From an uncultured Candidatus Saccharibacteria bacterium (GTDB taxonomy: Bacteria; Patescibacteriota; Minisyncoccia; Phycocordibacterales; Phycocordibacteraceae), in NCBI GenBank assembly GCA_964360855.1, contig CAYHXV010000001.1, positions 20,042 through 84,041 on the forward strand: a stretch of DNA of 64,000 nucleotides, written 5' to 3'. The first letter of the stretch is position 1. Each line of letters starts with the position of its first letter. The notes beneath the pieces are model-generated. The model worked only from the letters and a program-made list of their open reading frames with translations, was not told the origin of the DNA and did no database searches. Of this stretch, positions 17,878 to 27,888 are shown piece after piece. Position numbers and translations under genes: made by a program.

Positions 17878-18699
17878 TTATCGGCACGCCCTCAGTAAAA
17901 GCAAAGCGAACAGCGGCACCGGAGAAGCGCGATAGGTATACCGCCAAGCAAACTCGTCCAAGTACGCCTGCAGGTGCTGTGGAGAAACAAAAGCGTACGT
18001 CCCGCGGACCGAACGCTTAAACTGACCCCAGAAGCCTTCAATAGTGTTGGTGTGGCTTTCGCCCCAGGTGTAGTGGTTCTTGCCGTGTTTGACTGAAGTG
18101 TGCATGTAGCCATAGCCACGTCCTGTTAGGCGCCCATATGCCTGATACTCGTCGCTCATGATGTGCGTCTTCGGTTCTACATTCTTTTGAATGAGAGGAA
18201 GTACAACCTCAGCCTTGCGGCTTGATACTTTCTGCACCCGTACCGCTCCCTTGCGCTCAACCATGCCGAATACCGCACTCTTGTTCTTGAACTTAACGGC
18301 ATTCTTTCCGCCCTTGCCGTAGTACGTTTCGTCTACCTCAACCACGCCTGAGAGCGGGTCGCTGCCTTGCTCCATGAGCGCGCAGATCTGGTGCCCTATA
18401 CGCCATGCCGTCTTGTACGTAACGCCAAGCTGGCGCTGAAGCTCCATTGCAGAGACCCCGTTCTTCGAGGACGCGAATAGGAATATTGCATGGAACCAGA
18501 GGGAAAGCGGAGTCGAGGAGTTCTCGAAGATAGTCCCTGCAAGCGGGTGTATCTGGTGTCCTTGGGGATTCGCATACGCCTTGCGCTTATTCATACGGGA
18601 ATACTGCTTCGCTTCGGGGAACTTCTGGCGGAAGATGTAGTCCAAGCAGGCTTCGTCCGTAGGAAACTCTTTCTTCAAGTCTTTAATGGTGTACTTCAT
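17878..18699 (-). mobile_element. IS1595-family (ISXO2-like) DDE transposase gene; element ends not defined
   Basis: 273 aa. The GTIFENSSTPLSLWFHAIFLFASSKNGVSAMELQRQLGVTYKTAWRIGHQI and ...SDEYQAYGRL...HTSVKHGKNHYTWG...TNTIEGFWGQFKRS...YLDEFAWRYTYR motifs match IS1595 DDE transposases. The N-terminal zinc-ribbon region lacks the usual CxxC pairs. Confidence 0.75.
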
Positions 18700-18776
18700 T
18701 ACACCTATTGTATTCTATAGGCTACTTGGCGTAGAGGGATAGGTACCAAATAAGTAAATCTTATCCCCATTGACCC

Positions 18777-18790
18777 ATGAACCGTAGTTC
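18777..18790 (+). promoter_or_regulatory. Cheo-type LexA (SOS) box TGAACCGTAGTTCA in the lexA promoter
   Basis: A GAAC-N4-GTTC palindrome sits 17 nt upstream of the lexA ATG, within the spacer of a candidate TTGACC...TACACT promoter. Confidence 0.7.
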
Positions 18791-18806
18791 ACATACACTG
18801 GGAGTT

Positions 18807-19376
18807 ATGGACTACCACTCACGAAAACGTGCCGTTATGGGTTTCTGGCAGCAACACCGGCGTATGCCCGGGTATCAGGAGTTTATGAAAATACTCGGCG
18901 TGAAATCAAAGAACTCCGTATACCGCTTTATCGAGAAGCTCGTAGAGGAAGGCGTGTTGGAGAAAGACCTCCAAGGGAGACTCTCTCCCGGGCGAGAGCT
19001 TCGTGGCGTTCCCTTACTGGGACTCGTGGAGGCTGGCTTCCCCACTCCGGCCGAGGAAGAGATGCTTGATGTCATGGACTTTGATGAGTACCTCACCCCA
19101 AACAAAGAGTCGAGCTATGTGCTCAAGGTTAAGGGGGACTCCATGATAGAAGCCGGGATACACCCGGGAGACTTGGTGATCGTTGAGCGGAAACCAACAT
19201 ACAAGATAGGACAAATTGTTATTGCATCCATTGAGGGCGAATACACCATGAAGTATCTGCGGAAAAAGAACGAGAGCTACTATCTTGAACCCGCCAATAG
19301 TGCCTATAAGCCTATCTATCCGAAAGGCAACCTGAACATTGAAGCCGTGGTGACGGCCATTGTGCGCAAATACTAA
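18807..19376 (+). CDS. lexA: LexA repressor (S24 peptidase family)
   Basis: An N-terminal wHTH is followed by the S24 domain, with the catalytic serine in VKGDSMIEAGI and the lysine in KYLRKKN. Start at ATG 18807 with GGGAG upstream; the ORF-track TTG start at 18777 lies inside the SOS box. Confidence 0.85.
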   Translation: MDYHSRKRAVMGFWQQHRRMPGYQEFMKILGVKSKNSVYRFIEKLVEEGVLEKDLQGRLSPGRELRGVPLLGLVEAGFPTPAEEEMLDVMDFDEYLTPNKESSYVLKVKGDSMIEAGIHPGDLVIVERKPTYKIGQIVIASIEGEYTMKYLRKKNESYYLEPANSAYKPIYPKGNLNIEAVVTAIVRKY

Positions 19377-19381
19377 CGATC

Positions 19382-20632
19382 ATGATTCTCCATGTGGACG
19401 GGGATGCGTTCTTTGCCATGTGTGAGGTCTCACGCAGACCAGACTTACGTGGCCGGCCGGTGGTAACCGGAAGAGAACGCGGCATTGTCACCGCAGCAAC
19501 GTACGAAGCTAAGGCACTCGGTATTAGTCGCGCCACGCCAATACACGAAGTCCGGAGTCGCTTTCCGCAGGTAACCATACTCCCTTCGGACTATGAGCTC
19601 TATGCACTGGTCTCGAAACGCATGTATGCCATCACCCGCAGACACGCACCACTGGTTGAAGAATACGGAACGGACGAGTGCTTTGCTGATCTCTCTCACC
19701 TTGGCAATCCACTCGAATCTGCACGAACAATTAAAGAAGAACTCCAGAGTGAACTTAATATGACCTTCTCCCTCGGGATTGGTCCCACCAAGGTATTAGC
19801 GAAGCTCGCCTCCAAACATAAGAAGCCCGACGGGTTCTGGGTGATAACTCCGGAGAACCGTGAAGAGTGTCTGGCACAGACTCCGGTTCGCTTCGTGTGG
19901 GGACTTGGACCAAAGACCGCAAGCAGACTTGAGGGCATGGGGGTACTAACGGCGCTCGACTTCGTACGGCTTTCTAAGTCCTTCGTAGCTCGCGAATTCA
20001 ACGCACCAATTCTTGCACTCTGGGAAGAGTTAACCGGAAACAGCGTACTTCCGGTAGATTCTGCAAATGAAACCGATCAGAAGTCGGTGCAACGTACCCG
20101 CAGTTTCTACCCACCCACCACTGATCCCCAAAGGCTTTTCTCTGAGCTCTCCCAACATGTGGAGCATGGGTGCAGGAAGGTACGCAGACTGGGGATGGTT
20201 GCCACCGGTGCCAGTTTCTTCCTGAAGACCCAAGCATTTCGGTTCCATGGAGGAGCTATAAAACTCACGGTTGGTACTAGTAGCCCGGGAGACATCATTC
20301 CTCTCTTGCGCACTCAGTTTCTGAAGGTATATCAGAAAGATACCCTGTACCGCACCACCGGTATCACCCTGCATGGCCTAGTGCCTAGCGGGAACGCGCA
20401 GCAGGAGTTGTTTGATACGGAGCATAAAGTAGAGAAGAATGAACGACTCATGCTGGCGCTCGACGCACTTGAACACAAGTTTGGTGAACACACGCTCTAT
20501 TTGGGAACGAGCGCACGCAGCATCATGCGGGACCGGGCGCAACCCATTGCTTCGCAAATGCATACAGATGCACTCATACACACCAGCGAGGGTGCGAAGC
20601 GGTTTCCTATTCCGTATATGGGTACCGTTTGA
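19382..20632 (+). CDS. dinB: Y-family DNA polymerase (DinB/Pol IV-like)
   Basis: ILHVDGDAFFAMCEV...GRPVVTGRERGIVTAATYEAKALGI...EEYGTDECFADL is the Y-family palm. It lies 5 nt after the lexA stop, so it is an SOS operon. The gene ends with TGA. Confidence 0.85.
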   Translation: MILHVDGDAFFAMCEVSRRPDLRGRPVVTGRERGIVTAATYEAKALGISRATPIHEVRSRFPQVTILPSDYELYALVSKRMYAITRRHAPLVEEYGTDECFADLSHLGNPLESARTIKEELQSELNMTFSLGIGPTKVLAKLASKHKKPDGFWVITPENREECLAQTPVRFVWGLGPKTASRLEGMGVLTALDFVRLSKSFVAREFNAPILALWEELTGNSVLPVDSANETDQKSVQRTRSFYPPTTDPQRLFSELSQHVEHGCRKVRRLGMVATGASFFLKTQAFRFHGGAIKLTVGTSSPGDIIPLLRTQFLKVYQKDTLYRTTGITLHGLVPSGNAQQELFDTEHKVEKNERLMLALDALEHKFGEHTLYLGTSARSIMRDRAQPIASQMHTDALIHTSEGAKRFPIPYMGTV

Positions 20633-20704
20633 GAACTAAGTTATTCGGTATTCTGGTAAATAAAGAATCGCGCCCACCAGGGACGCGACTGAGTTTGCTT
20701 GTAA

Positions 20705-21325
20705 CTAGTGATTGTGTTGCTCAATGTTAATCACATGGGGCTTCCGAGGGTCTGCGTCGGGCGCAAGCAGAAGCAGCTCGCAATTGCCGAAATGAAACAA
20801 GGTGAGCATCGCAGGCCACGAGATCCCGTAATAGGACGCGTAGAGCATCTTCCCGAAATCCCCATGGGTCACCAGAAGGACTGAACCTTCCTGAGGCGCT
20901 CTTTCCACAGTGTTCGAAAGAGCATCATGTGCGCGCTCGAGAAGCATGGGAAAGGTCTCGGCTCCTTCAGGAGAGAGGAAATAAGTGATTGTGTCGGTCT
21001 TAACCACTTCAGGTGCGCACAACCGCTCAATATCGCTCGCTGGTCTGCCTGTCATCACGCCAAAATCCCGTTCAATGAGCAAGTCCACTACGACGGGAAC
21101 GGGTAGCTCGAGCCGTTCGCATACAACCTGAGCAGTTGTATGCGCACGTGATAGTGGTGAGGAATACACAGCATCAAACGTGTACCCTTCCCGAACAATA
21201 CCGTCGGCAAGCTGATGAGCCTGTCGCAGCCCCTGCTCGGTCAACGGCCTGTCTCGATGTCCATTGAGAATGCCTTCAGCATTGTCTTCGTTCTGGCCGT
21301 GTCGTGCAAGATAGATCTTCAACAT
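20705..21325 (-). CDS. Histidine phosphatase family protein (phosphoglycerate mutase-like)
   Basis: An RHG motif at the N-terminus (LARHGQNEDN) and the second catalytic His in a VLLVTHGDFG motif. Confidence 0.8.
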   Translation of the reverse strand: MLKIYLARHGQNEDNAEGILNGHRDRPLTEQGLRQAHQLADGIVREGYTFDAVYSSPLSRAHTTAQVVCERLELPVPVVVDLLIERDFGVMTGRPASDIERLCAPEVVKTDTITYFLSPEGAETFPMLLERAHDALSNTVERAPQEGSVLLVTHGDFGKMLYASYYGISWPAMLTLFHFGNCELLLLAPDADPRKPHVINIEQHNH

Positions 21326-21384
21326 TTTGTGCTCCTTACTGCGAATCTGGAGTTAGAATACCCTGAAAGGCGCAAATGTCTAGG

Positions 21385-21645
21385 CTATGGCAGTTCTATA
21401 TTCCTCATGCTTTCTTTCTCCCGATGAGATAGTTTTTTTATCGCGTGCTCCCGCACACTCGCCGCGCTTCTGTTTGCACACTGCTCGCTATATACCAAAA
21501 CAACCGGTCGCTTTGTTCGGGTGTACTTTGCACCTTTCGGGGACTCATTGTGCTCTTGAATTCGTCGAGAGATGTCTGTGGTGATACCGCTATACAGTGT
21601 TCCGTCCGCACACTCCACCATGTATACATGCCAGAGTGATTCCAT
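21385..21645 (-). CDS. GIY-YIG nuclease family protein (UPF0213-like)
   Basis: 86 aa. [29 protein letters not shown] is a GIY-YIG core. Confidence 0.75.
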   Translation of the reverse strand: MESLWHVYMVECADGTLYSGITTDISRRIQEHNESPKGAKYTRTKRPVVLVYSEQCANRSAASVREHAIKKLSHREKESMRNIELP

Positions 21646-21650
21646 AGTCT

Positions 21651-23141
21651 CTATTTCTTTCCGAGATCGAGCACATCGTCTATGCGAATCTGCGAGACAA
21701 ACTCTGGCACGTGGGAGACCAGCACCATAGCGCCCTCGTATTGATGCAGGGCCTTTGCTATCACGGGCAAGTGTCTAAAGTTGATGTGGTTAGTTGGCTC
21801 GTCTAGTACCAAGAGGCCAGGACGCATCAGAACAAGCCGCGCGAACGCTACCAGTCCCTTCTGCCCTTCAGACAAGGAACCAATCTTCTTGTTCATGGAT
21901 TCCGCCGTGATAATGAAGCCGGCGGCAACTTTGCGCATTGCCTCCTCTTCTGGTTTATCCATAGCGGCAAGCAGCTCTTCACGTACCGTGCGCTCAAAAT
22001 CAAGCGTGGAGAAGTCCTGACGATAGTACCCAACACGAACTCCTTTGGCGATGGTGGCGCCTTCTGCGGTTCCGTTGGCAAGGTGCTCGAGTAGAGTGGT
22101 CTTTCCAATACCATTAGGACCCTTCAACTGCAGGTGCTGCTTTTTCTTAAGTACGATATCTGCCTTGTGCGGCACCGGCACATGCTTCTTTGCGTCCATG
22201 GTGGTGAAGGAAGTGATGGAGAGAAGCTCACCAATGATTTCCGGCTGTGCCGGAATAACAAAAGGACGAATAGTCTTATCTTCCTTGCGCACGTCCACCT
22301 TGTCTTCTTCCATTTCCTCGATTGCGGTACGCATCTTCTTTGCTACGTTGCGCATCTTGCCTCCCTTCTGCGCAAAGAAGTTTGCCTTGTCCTTGTTGTC
22401 CTGAATCTGCTTTTCAAGCTGAGCATTCTTTCGGTTCTCGCGCTCAATACGAGCAGAGATTTCTTTCAGGAGATCATAATAGTTACCCACATACTGCTCG
22501 ATCTTTCTGGTGTGCACATCAAGATAGAGCACACCTTCGGTGAATGAGTTCAGGAATTCTGCATCATGGGAAATAACCATCACACTCTTCTCATAGTTCT
22601 TGAGGAAGGTGGTGAGGTGTTCAATACCGGCAGTGTCCAGGTTGTTGGTTGGCTCATCTAGGAGAAGTAGGTCGGGGTCCTGAATGAGTGCAGAAGCCAA
22701 GAGCAGGCGCGCCTGCTGCCCTCCTGAGAAACTCTTAATGATGCGATCATGCGGAGCGTGTAGGTTCACCACATCCAGTACCGCATCAATCTTGGGGTCT
22801 ATGTCGTATACCTTTTCGGTGAATCGCTTTTCAAAGAAGGCTCGGACCGTGAGGTCTCGCTCATCAAGTGCAATTACCTGAGAGGAGAGCGCAATGGAGA
22901 GCCCGCGGGGAATCTGTATCTTTCCGCTCTCAGGTTTGAGCGTGCCCATGATGAGGCTAAAGAGTGTAGATTTGCCAGCTCCATTTTGTCCCATGAGGGT
23001 CACCTTCATACCCCGACGTAGGGTAAAGTTCACCGTCTCAACGATAGGGTGATTGTGACCGTATCCAAATGACACGTCCTCGAATCTGACCAAGGCCTCT
23101 TTGGGAGGCCCTCCTTGTTCTGTATTGGTTTTACTTGCCAC
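21651..23141 (-). CDS. ABC-F family ATPase (tandem ABC domains, no TM; EttA/Uup-like)
   Basis: Two Walker A motifs (GQNGAGKST; GPNGIGKTT), two ABC signatures (LSGGQQARL; LSEGQKGLV) and an inter-domain charged linker. Confidence 0.85.
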   Translation of the reverse strand: MASKTNTEQGGPPKEALVRFEDVSFGYGHNHPIVETVNFTLRRGMKVTLMGQNGAGKSTLFSLIMGTLKPESGKIQIPRGLSIALSSQVIALDERDLTVRAFFEKRFTEKVYDIDPKIDAVLDVVNLHAPHDRIIKSFSGGQQARLLLASALIQDPDLLLLDEPTNNLDTAGIEHLTTFLKNYEKSVMVISHDAEFLNSFTEGVLYLDVHTRKIEQYVGNYYDLLKEISARIERENRKNAQLEKQIQDNKDKANFFAQKGGKMRNVAKKMRTAIEEMEEDKVDVRKEDKTIRPFVIPAQPEIIGELLSITSFTTMDAKKHVPVPHKADIVLKKKQHLQLKGPNGIGKTTLLEHLANGTAEGATIAKGVRVGYYRQDFSTLDFERTVREELLAAMDKPEEEAMRKVAAGFIITAESMNKKIGSLSEGQKGLVAFARLVLMRPGLLVLDEPTNHINFRHLPVIAKALHQYEGAMVLVSHVPEFVSQIRIDDVLDLGKK

Positions 23142-23236
23142 GTTTCTGGTACTGTACCACGTTTTCGAGGGGTTGGTAAATATTACACAACCGTGCTATA
23201 TCTCTGTCCAGAGGTTGCAAGGAAAAGGAGTCTCGC

Positions 23237-23689
23237 ATGCGCCACGACGAATTGTATAAGCGGCTGTTGGAGATTCCTGAAGACCACTACGTCATGCACG
23301 GATCCCCGTATGAGTTGGAAATCATTGAGCCCCGTCGCACCGGACGCGATGATGTACCTGCCTACAACCACCTGGGCGTCTACGCAACTACTTGCATAGA
23401 AATTGCCCTGCTGTATGCGACCATCCACACAAAGCGAACCGAGTGGGGATTTGCACCACAAACAGCGGGCTCGACACTGGATGTCCGTGTGCCTCTGGGC
23501 TTCATCCACGGACCCGGTTTCGTGTATATCCTCCCGAAAGAGGGGTTTAGGAATCTCAGCCCCGCTGCCTTCGTATCACATAGACCTGTACGACCAGTAG
23601 AAGTCTTTCCGATAGACCGCGACGTTCTCTTCGAAATGATAGAGAACAGAACGGTGGAGGTCGGCATCTACGACCCGGCCCTCACCTAA
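23237..23689 (+). CDS. Hypothetical protein (150 aa)
   Basis: AAGGAAAAGGAG RBS before the ATG. No recognisable domain. Confidence 0.5.
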   Translation: MRHDELYKRLLEIPEDHYVMHGSPYELEIIEPRRTGRDDVPAYNHLGVYATTCIEIALLYATIHTKRTEWGFAPQTAGSTLDVRVPLGFIHGPGFVYILPKEGFRNLSPAAFVSHRPVRPVEVFPIDRDVLFEMIENRTVEVGIYDPALT

Positions 23690-23708
23690 TACGTGAGGGC
23701 CATTCGTT

Positions 23709-24956
23709 TTATGCGTTCTTGCCCGCCAAGTACCCTGTCGTCCAACACAACTGAAGCGAGTACCCGCCCGATGGTCTGCTGATATCAAGAAGGTCTCCCG
23801 TCACAAACAGGTTGCTAACCTTCTTCGAGCGCATCGTGCGCATGTCTACTTCCGTAAGAGACACTCCGCCATCTGCAACAACCGCTCTACTCATTCCCAT
23901 AAGACCCGAGACGGACACGGGTAAGGCCTTAAGAAGATCGATAAGTACTCTACGTTCTTCCTTCGTCACACTGTGCACTTTGGTGTCGGGACTAATAGCA
24001 GGCACCAGTGAAAGGAGAACTTCCACACTTCCTGGAGGAATAATCTGCGGCAGCGTGTTGCGCAACAACTTATTCTTGTTTGCATCAAACAGGGACACTA
24101 GCTCTGCATCAAGTATCCCAATGTCTTTGGTTGGAAACAGGTCTATGGTGGCGGTCACATTCCCTTCATACAGCAGGTCTGCCACATCTCCTGCGAGATT
24201 TAGAATCGTTGGCCCAGATAGTCCAAAGTGCGTAAGGAGAATATTCCCCTTCTTGGAGAACTTTCGTGCACCTTCCAGAAAGAAGGTGATCTTGGCATCC
24301 GTAAGCGTCTTCCCCTTTAGTTTCTTTATCCAGGAGTCTTTGCAGGCAAGCGGCACGATGGTTGGTGTGGGTGCCGTCACGGTATGCCCGAGCTCACTGA
24401 GCCAATCAAACCCGTCCCCGGTGGAGCCGGTCTCCGGATGCGATACCCCGCCAGTAGCAAATACGTATGAATGGGCAGAGAATTCAAATCCCTGCGCCAC
24501 CACTGAAGTTATGGCCCCGTTCTCTGTCTTGATCCGAGCAATTGCCGTACCGGTACGTATTTCCACCTTATTCTTGCGCAGGAACTGCTCGAGTGCAGCC
24601 ACCACACTTGGGGCATGCTCGGAAACAGGAAATGCACGCTTGCGCTGCTCCACCATAGTGGGCACACCTATGCGCTCAAAGAAAGCGGTTGCTTCTGCAA
24701 CTCCAAATTCACTGAACGCTGAGTATAGGAATGGCGCTGCTTCGCCATAGTTGGCCAGCAGTACATGCTCATCCTCCTCTGCGTTCAGAATATTGCACCG
24801 GCCGCCGCCCGATATCGCAAGCTTAGCGCCGAGATCTTCATTCTTTTCTATCAAGAGTACTCGCTTACCATTCTCGCTCGCTATGCCAGCGGCCATCATT
24901 CCTGCGGCGCCGCCACCCACAACAATAACGTCGTACGGGTGCTCACTCTTAGACAT
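23709..24956 (-). CDS. HI0933-family FAD-dependent oxidoreductase
   Basis: N-terminal dinucleotide-binding motif (YDVIVVGGGAAGMMAAGIASENGKRVLLIEK) and GGGRCN, typical of HI0933/BaiN-like flavoproteins. Confidence 0.8.
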   Translation of the reverse strand: MSKSEHPYDVIVVGGGAAGMMAAGIASENGKRVLLIEKNEDLGAKLAISGGGRCNILNAEEDEHVLLANYGEAAPFLYSAFSEFGVAEATAFFERIGVPTMVEQRKRAFPVSEHAPSVVAALEQFLRKNKVEIRTGTAIARIKTENGAITSVVAQGFEFSAHSYVFATGGVSHPETGSTGDGFDWLSELGHTVTAPTPTIVPLACKDSWIKKLKGKTLTDAKITFFLEGARKFSKKGNILLTHFGLSGPTILNLAGDVADLLYEGNVTATIDLFPTKDIGILDAELVSLFDANKNKLLRNTLPQIIPPGSVEVLLSLVPAISPDTKVHSVTKEERRVLIDLLKALPVSVSGLMGMSRAVVADGGVSLTEVDMRTMRSKKVSNLFVTGDLLDISRPSGGYSLQLCWTTGYLAGKNA

Positions 24957-25830
24957 TGAAAGAAGGTTGCGCCACCAGGTTCTCCATACATTCTACCGAA
25001 CAACAGGTTCCCTCTTCTTTCTGGCAGTTCTCGCATGCAAGGAAGTGCAGGTGGCAAAAGTTGTTTGCACAGTTTACATATTTCTCGGTGGAGTCTCCAC
25101 ACAATTTGCAACGACCAATTACCTCGCGGTCTCCTCCGAAGTCCATGGTGAGGCGCTTATCAAAGGTATAGAGCGTCCCCAGGAAGTCCTTTCCTGGATA
25201 CTGCTCCATGTATGCATGCATGCCATTCTCTAGCTGGTATACGTCCGTGAACCCATTCTCCAAAAGAAAGGCAGACATCTTTTCACACCGCACGCCGCCC
25301 GTGCAGACGGTGAGCACCGTTTTATCCTTGAGTGCTTCAAGCTTTGGAAGCGCCTCGGGCAAGTCACGGGAGTTTTCCAGTCCTGGGTTAATTGAATCCT
25401 TAAAATGCCCCGACTGATATTCGTAATCGTTGCGCATGTCTACCACCACAAAGTCCTTGCCTTCTTCATACCAGCTTCGCAGTTCCTCTGGCTTCAGGTG
25501 CGGAGCGGTACGCACGCGCGGGTCTACATTCTTTGGAAATCGTGTACCTACAATTTCATCCCGTACCTTTACGTATAGTTTGCTGAACGACGTTCCCGTT
25601 CCTTCACTTCTCTTCACATTCATATCGGCGAGACGCGGATCGCGCAGCATCTCTAGGGCGAAAGCTTCAGTATCTTCTCTTGATCCCTCGAGGGTACCGT
25701 TAATTCCCTCTTCTGCCACGAGCACCCGCCCAAGCAGGTGATGCTTGGTGGCAAGCACGCGAAGACTATCCCGAAGCTGTGCGGGGTCCTCGATGGTTAC
25801 ATATTTATAGAAGAGTAATACTTGGGGCAT
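24949..25830 (-). CDS. trhO: Rhodanese-domain tRNA uridine(34) hydroxylase-like protein (UPF0176/TrhO)
   Basis: LLFYKY...EEGINGT N-terminal motif, a rhodanese segment with CTGGVRCEK, and a C-terminal Cys cluster (CKLCGDS...CANNFC...CENC). Confidence 0.8.
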   Translation of the reverse strand: MPQVLLFYKYVTIEDPAQLRDSLRVLATKHHLLGRVLVAEEGINGTLEGSREDTEAFALEMLRDPRLADMNVKRSEGTGTSFSKLYVKVRDEIVGTRFPKNVDPRVRTAPHLKPEELRSWYEEGKDFVVVDMRNDYEYQSGHFKDSINPGLENSRDLPEALPKLEALKDKTVLTVCTGGVRCEKMSAFLLENGFTDVYQLENGMHAYMEQYPGKDFLGTLYTFDKRLTMDFGGDREVIGRCKLCGDSTEKYVNCANNFCHLHFLACENCQKEEGTCCSVECMENLVAQPSFNV

Positions 25831-25862
25831 CGATGGCAGTCTAGCAGGAATGGAGGAAATCG

Positions 25863-26396
25863 TCAGCCGGTGAGCGGGTACGCACCAACCTGCTTCCAGG
25901 TACTGGTGTCTCCCGGAGTGCTATACAAGTGCACGCTCTCCACTTCAAAGGAAGTGCCGTTCAAGTACTGCAGCGAGTCAATTGTCTGGAGTTTCTGATC
26001 CTGCGCATAGTTTCCATACAGCAGACTCAGATGTGGCAGGTACTGATTCTGCCGCATACCAAATAGTTCACCTGCCTGGCGATGTCTAAGCGAAATCTCT
26101 TCGGAATTACGCACTCTCATATACAGCGCTCTAAAGAATGAATCCTGGGCGCCGAAGCCTTCAAGGGTACAAGTGAAAGGCGTGAGCGTGCAGGCAAGTT
26201 CTTTAGTCTTTGCAATGAATTCCTCTTCACTACTCTCAGGAATCGCTGCAAGCAACGTGACATGCGGAACAAATACTGGCCCACCGTACTGAGCTGCAAG
26301 TGTGGCTATCACTGTGCTCAGGCGCTCGCGCGCCTCGCCCTTCGGTTCAAGAAGCAAATGATACCCCTCTGTCTTGTTGCTCGATGGGTCTATCAT
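25863..26396 (-). CDS. 2H phosphoesterase superfamily protein (LigT/CPDase-like)
   Basis: Two H-x-T/S-x motifs (HVTL ... HLSL) at the appropriate spacing. Start taken at the internal Met (MIDPSS). Confidence 0.6.
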   Translation of the reverse strand: MIDPSSNKTEGYHLLLEPKGEARERLSTVIATLAAQYGGPVFVPHVTLLAAIPESSEEEFIAKTKELACTLTPFTCTLEGFGAQDSFFRALYMRVRNSEEISLRHRQAGELFGMRQNQYLPHLSLLYGNYAQDQKLQTIDSLQYLNGTSFEVESVHLYSTPGDTSTWKQVGAYPLTG

Positions 26397-26397
26397 G

Positions 26398-26874
26398 TTA
26401 TTCCTGATCAAAGGCTTCCTGCAGTTTGGCAATGTCTATCTTGGTCATCTGCATCATTGCTTGCATGATGCGAGACGCTTGCGCAGGAGTTGCAGAGCTC
26501 ATGAGCTGCCCCATGACCGAGGGCACGATCTGCCACGATACTCCAAACCGGTCCTTCAGCCAGCCACACTGTTGCTTCTCTCCTCCACCCTCAGAAAGCT
26601 TTTCCCAAAACTCATCAACTTCTTCCTGTGTTTTGCAATCCACCACAAAAGAAATAGCAGGCGAAAAGCTAAACTGAGGGCCACCATTGAGAAGTAGGAA
26701 CTCCTGGCCATCAAGGATGATGGAACCAACAAGCATTGCGCCTTCTGGACCTGGAGCTCCTGCGGGGTTCCGTGTTGCACTCACTACCTTCGAATTCTTA
26801 AACACTGAAGTATAGAGATTCATGGCCTCCTCAGCCTGATCGTTGAACCAGAGGAAGGGGGTTATTTTTTGCAT
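26398..26874 (-). CDS. VOC/glyoxalase-fold protein (PhnB-like)
   Basis: MQKITPFLWFNDQAEEAMNLYTSVF ... DRFGVSWQIVP matches the PhnB/3-demethylubiquinone-9 methyltransferase-like VOC family. Confidence 0.7.
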   Translation of the reverse strand: MQKITPFLWFNDQAEEAMNLYTSVFKNSKVVSATRNPAGAPGPEGAMLVGSIILDGQEFLLLNGGPQFSFSPAISFVVDCKTQEEVDEFWEKLSEGGGEKQQCGWLKDRFGVSWQIVPSVMGQLMSSATPAQASRIMQAMMQMTKIDIAKLQEAFDQE

Positions 26875-26883
26875 AGAGCTATA

Positions 26884-27873
26884 TTAACGCAGCGCCGTTC
26901 GTCGGTACACAACCGAAGACCAGTACGCAGCCAGTACAAACACGAGCCCAATAGTTCCGGTTATCACCTCCGGCACATGGAAGAGGAGGTCGGCAAACAT
27001 AGAAATAGCAAGACCGAATATTGCCCAGTGTGCGCCGTGCTCAAGATACACCAGACTATCCAGTGTCTTTCGTTCAACAAGATAAATGGTGAGGGAGCGC
27101 ACATACCAGGCTCCAATACCAAGACCGGCCACTATGATGGGAAGAGCAGTGGTGAGGGCAAAAGCTCCCACCACACTGTCGAGCGAAAAGGCAGAGTCCA
27201 GAATGTTTAAGTAGATGAAAAGCGCCAGACCACTCTTGGCAGCACTGCCCACTTCAAGTGAGAAGGAACTTGCCAGCCCCTGCATAACAATAAAAAGCAC
27301 CATACCAATGATCCCAGCAACAAGGACCGTGCCCTGCTCCACACCCGGTACCAGAAATGAGATAGCAGCCAGAGCAGCCAGAGCAAGACCAATCTCAATT
27401 GCCTCAATGCGCCCCCAGCGCGATAGATGCCGTTCAATTGACCGTATCCAGTGCACATTCTTGTTGTCGTCAAGGAAGTACTTCAAGGAGACCATGAGCA
27501 AGAACACGCCACCAAAGGCGTAGATGGCGTAACGAGCTCCCTCAAGCAGGTGTCCATACTCTTCTGGCGCAAATGCGGCGAGCTTTGCAACAGCTAAAGG
27601 AGACAAGAGCACACTGACAGACACAATCAGTACCGGAAGCACCAATCGAGTCCCAAGTACGGCAATGAGCATGCCCCAGGTGAGGAAGCGTCTTCGCCAT
27701 ACGGCACTCATGCCGGAGAGCACCCGCGCATTAACCACGGCATTATCAAAGGAGAGGGTGACCTCAAGAATAGTCAGGAGTACGGCGGTGACAAAGGCTG
27801 CCCAGCCAAAGCCAAGTCCGATACCTATGAGTATAAGAAAGGAGACGAGTGTGGGAACGAGGAAATATTTCAT
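26884..27873 (-). CDS. DUF475/TerC-family integral membrane protein
   Basis: Multiple TM helices. The TLSFDNAVVNA motif is characteristic of the TerC/DUF475 family. Confidence 0.65.
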   Translation of the reverse strand: MKYFLVPTLVSFLILIGIGLGFGWAAFVTAVLLTILEVTLSFDNAVVNARVLSGMSAVWRRRFLTWGMLIAVLGTRLVLPVLIVSVSVLLSPLAVAKLAAFAPEEYGHLLEGARYAIYAFGGVFLLMVSLKYFLDDNKNVHWIRSIERHLSRWGRIEAIEIGLALAALAAISFLVPGVEQGTVLVAGIIGMVLFIVMQGLASSFSLEVGSAAKSGLALFIYLNILDSAFSLDSVVGAFALTTALPIIVAGLGIGAWYVRSLTIYLVERKTLDSLVYLEHGAHWAIFGLAISMFADLLFHVPEVITGTIGLVFVLAAYWSSVVYRRTALR

Positions 27874-27888
27874 TCGTGCAGTGTATCA

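Noticed and set aside
17937-18730. Short imperfect inverted repeat (TACCGCCAAG / CTTGGCGTA) as possible IS1595 ends
   Set aside because: The left copy lies inside the conserved transposase coding region (WRYTYR). It is too short and misplaced to define the IS boundaries.
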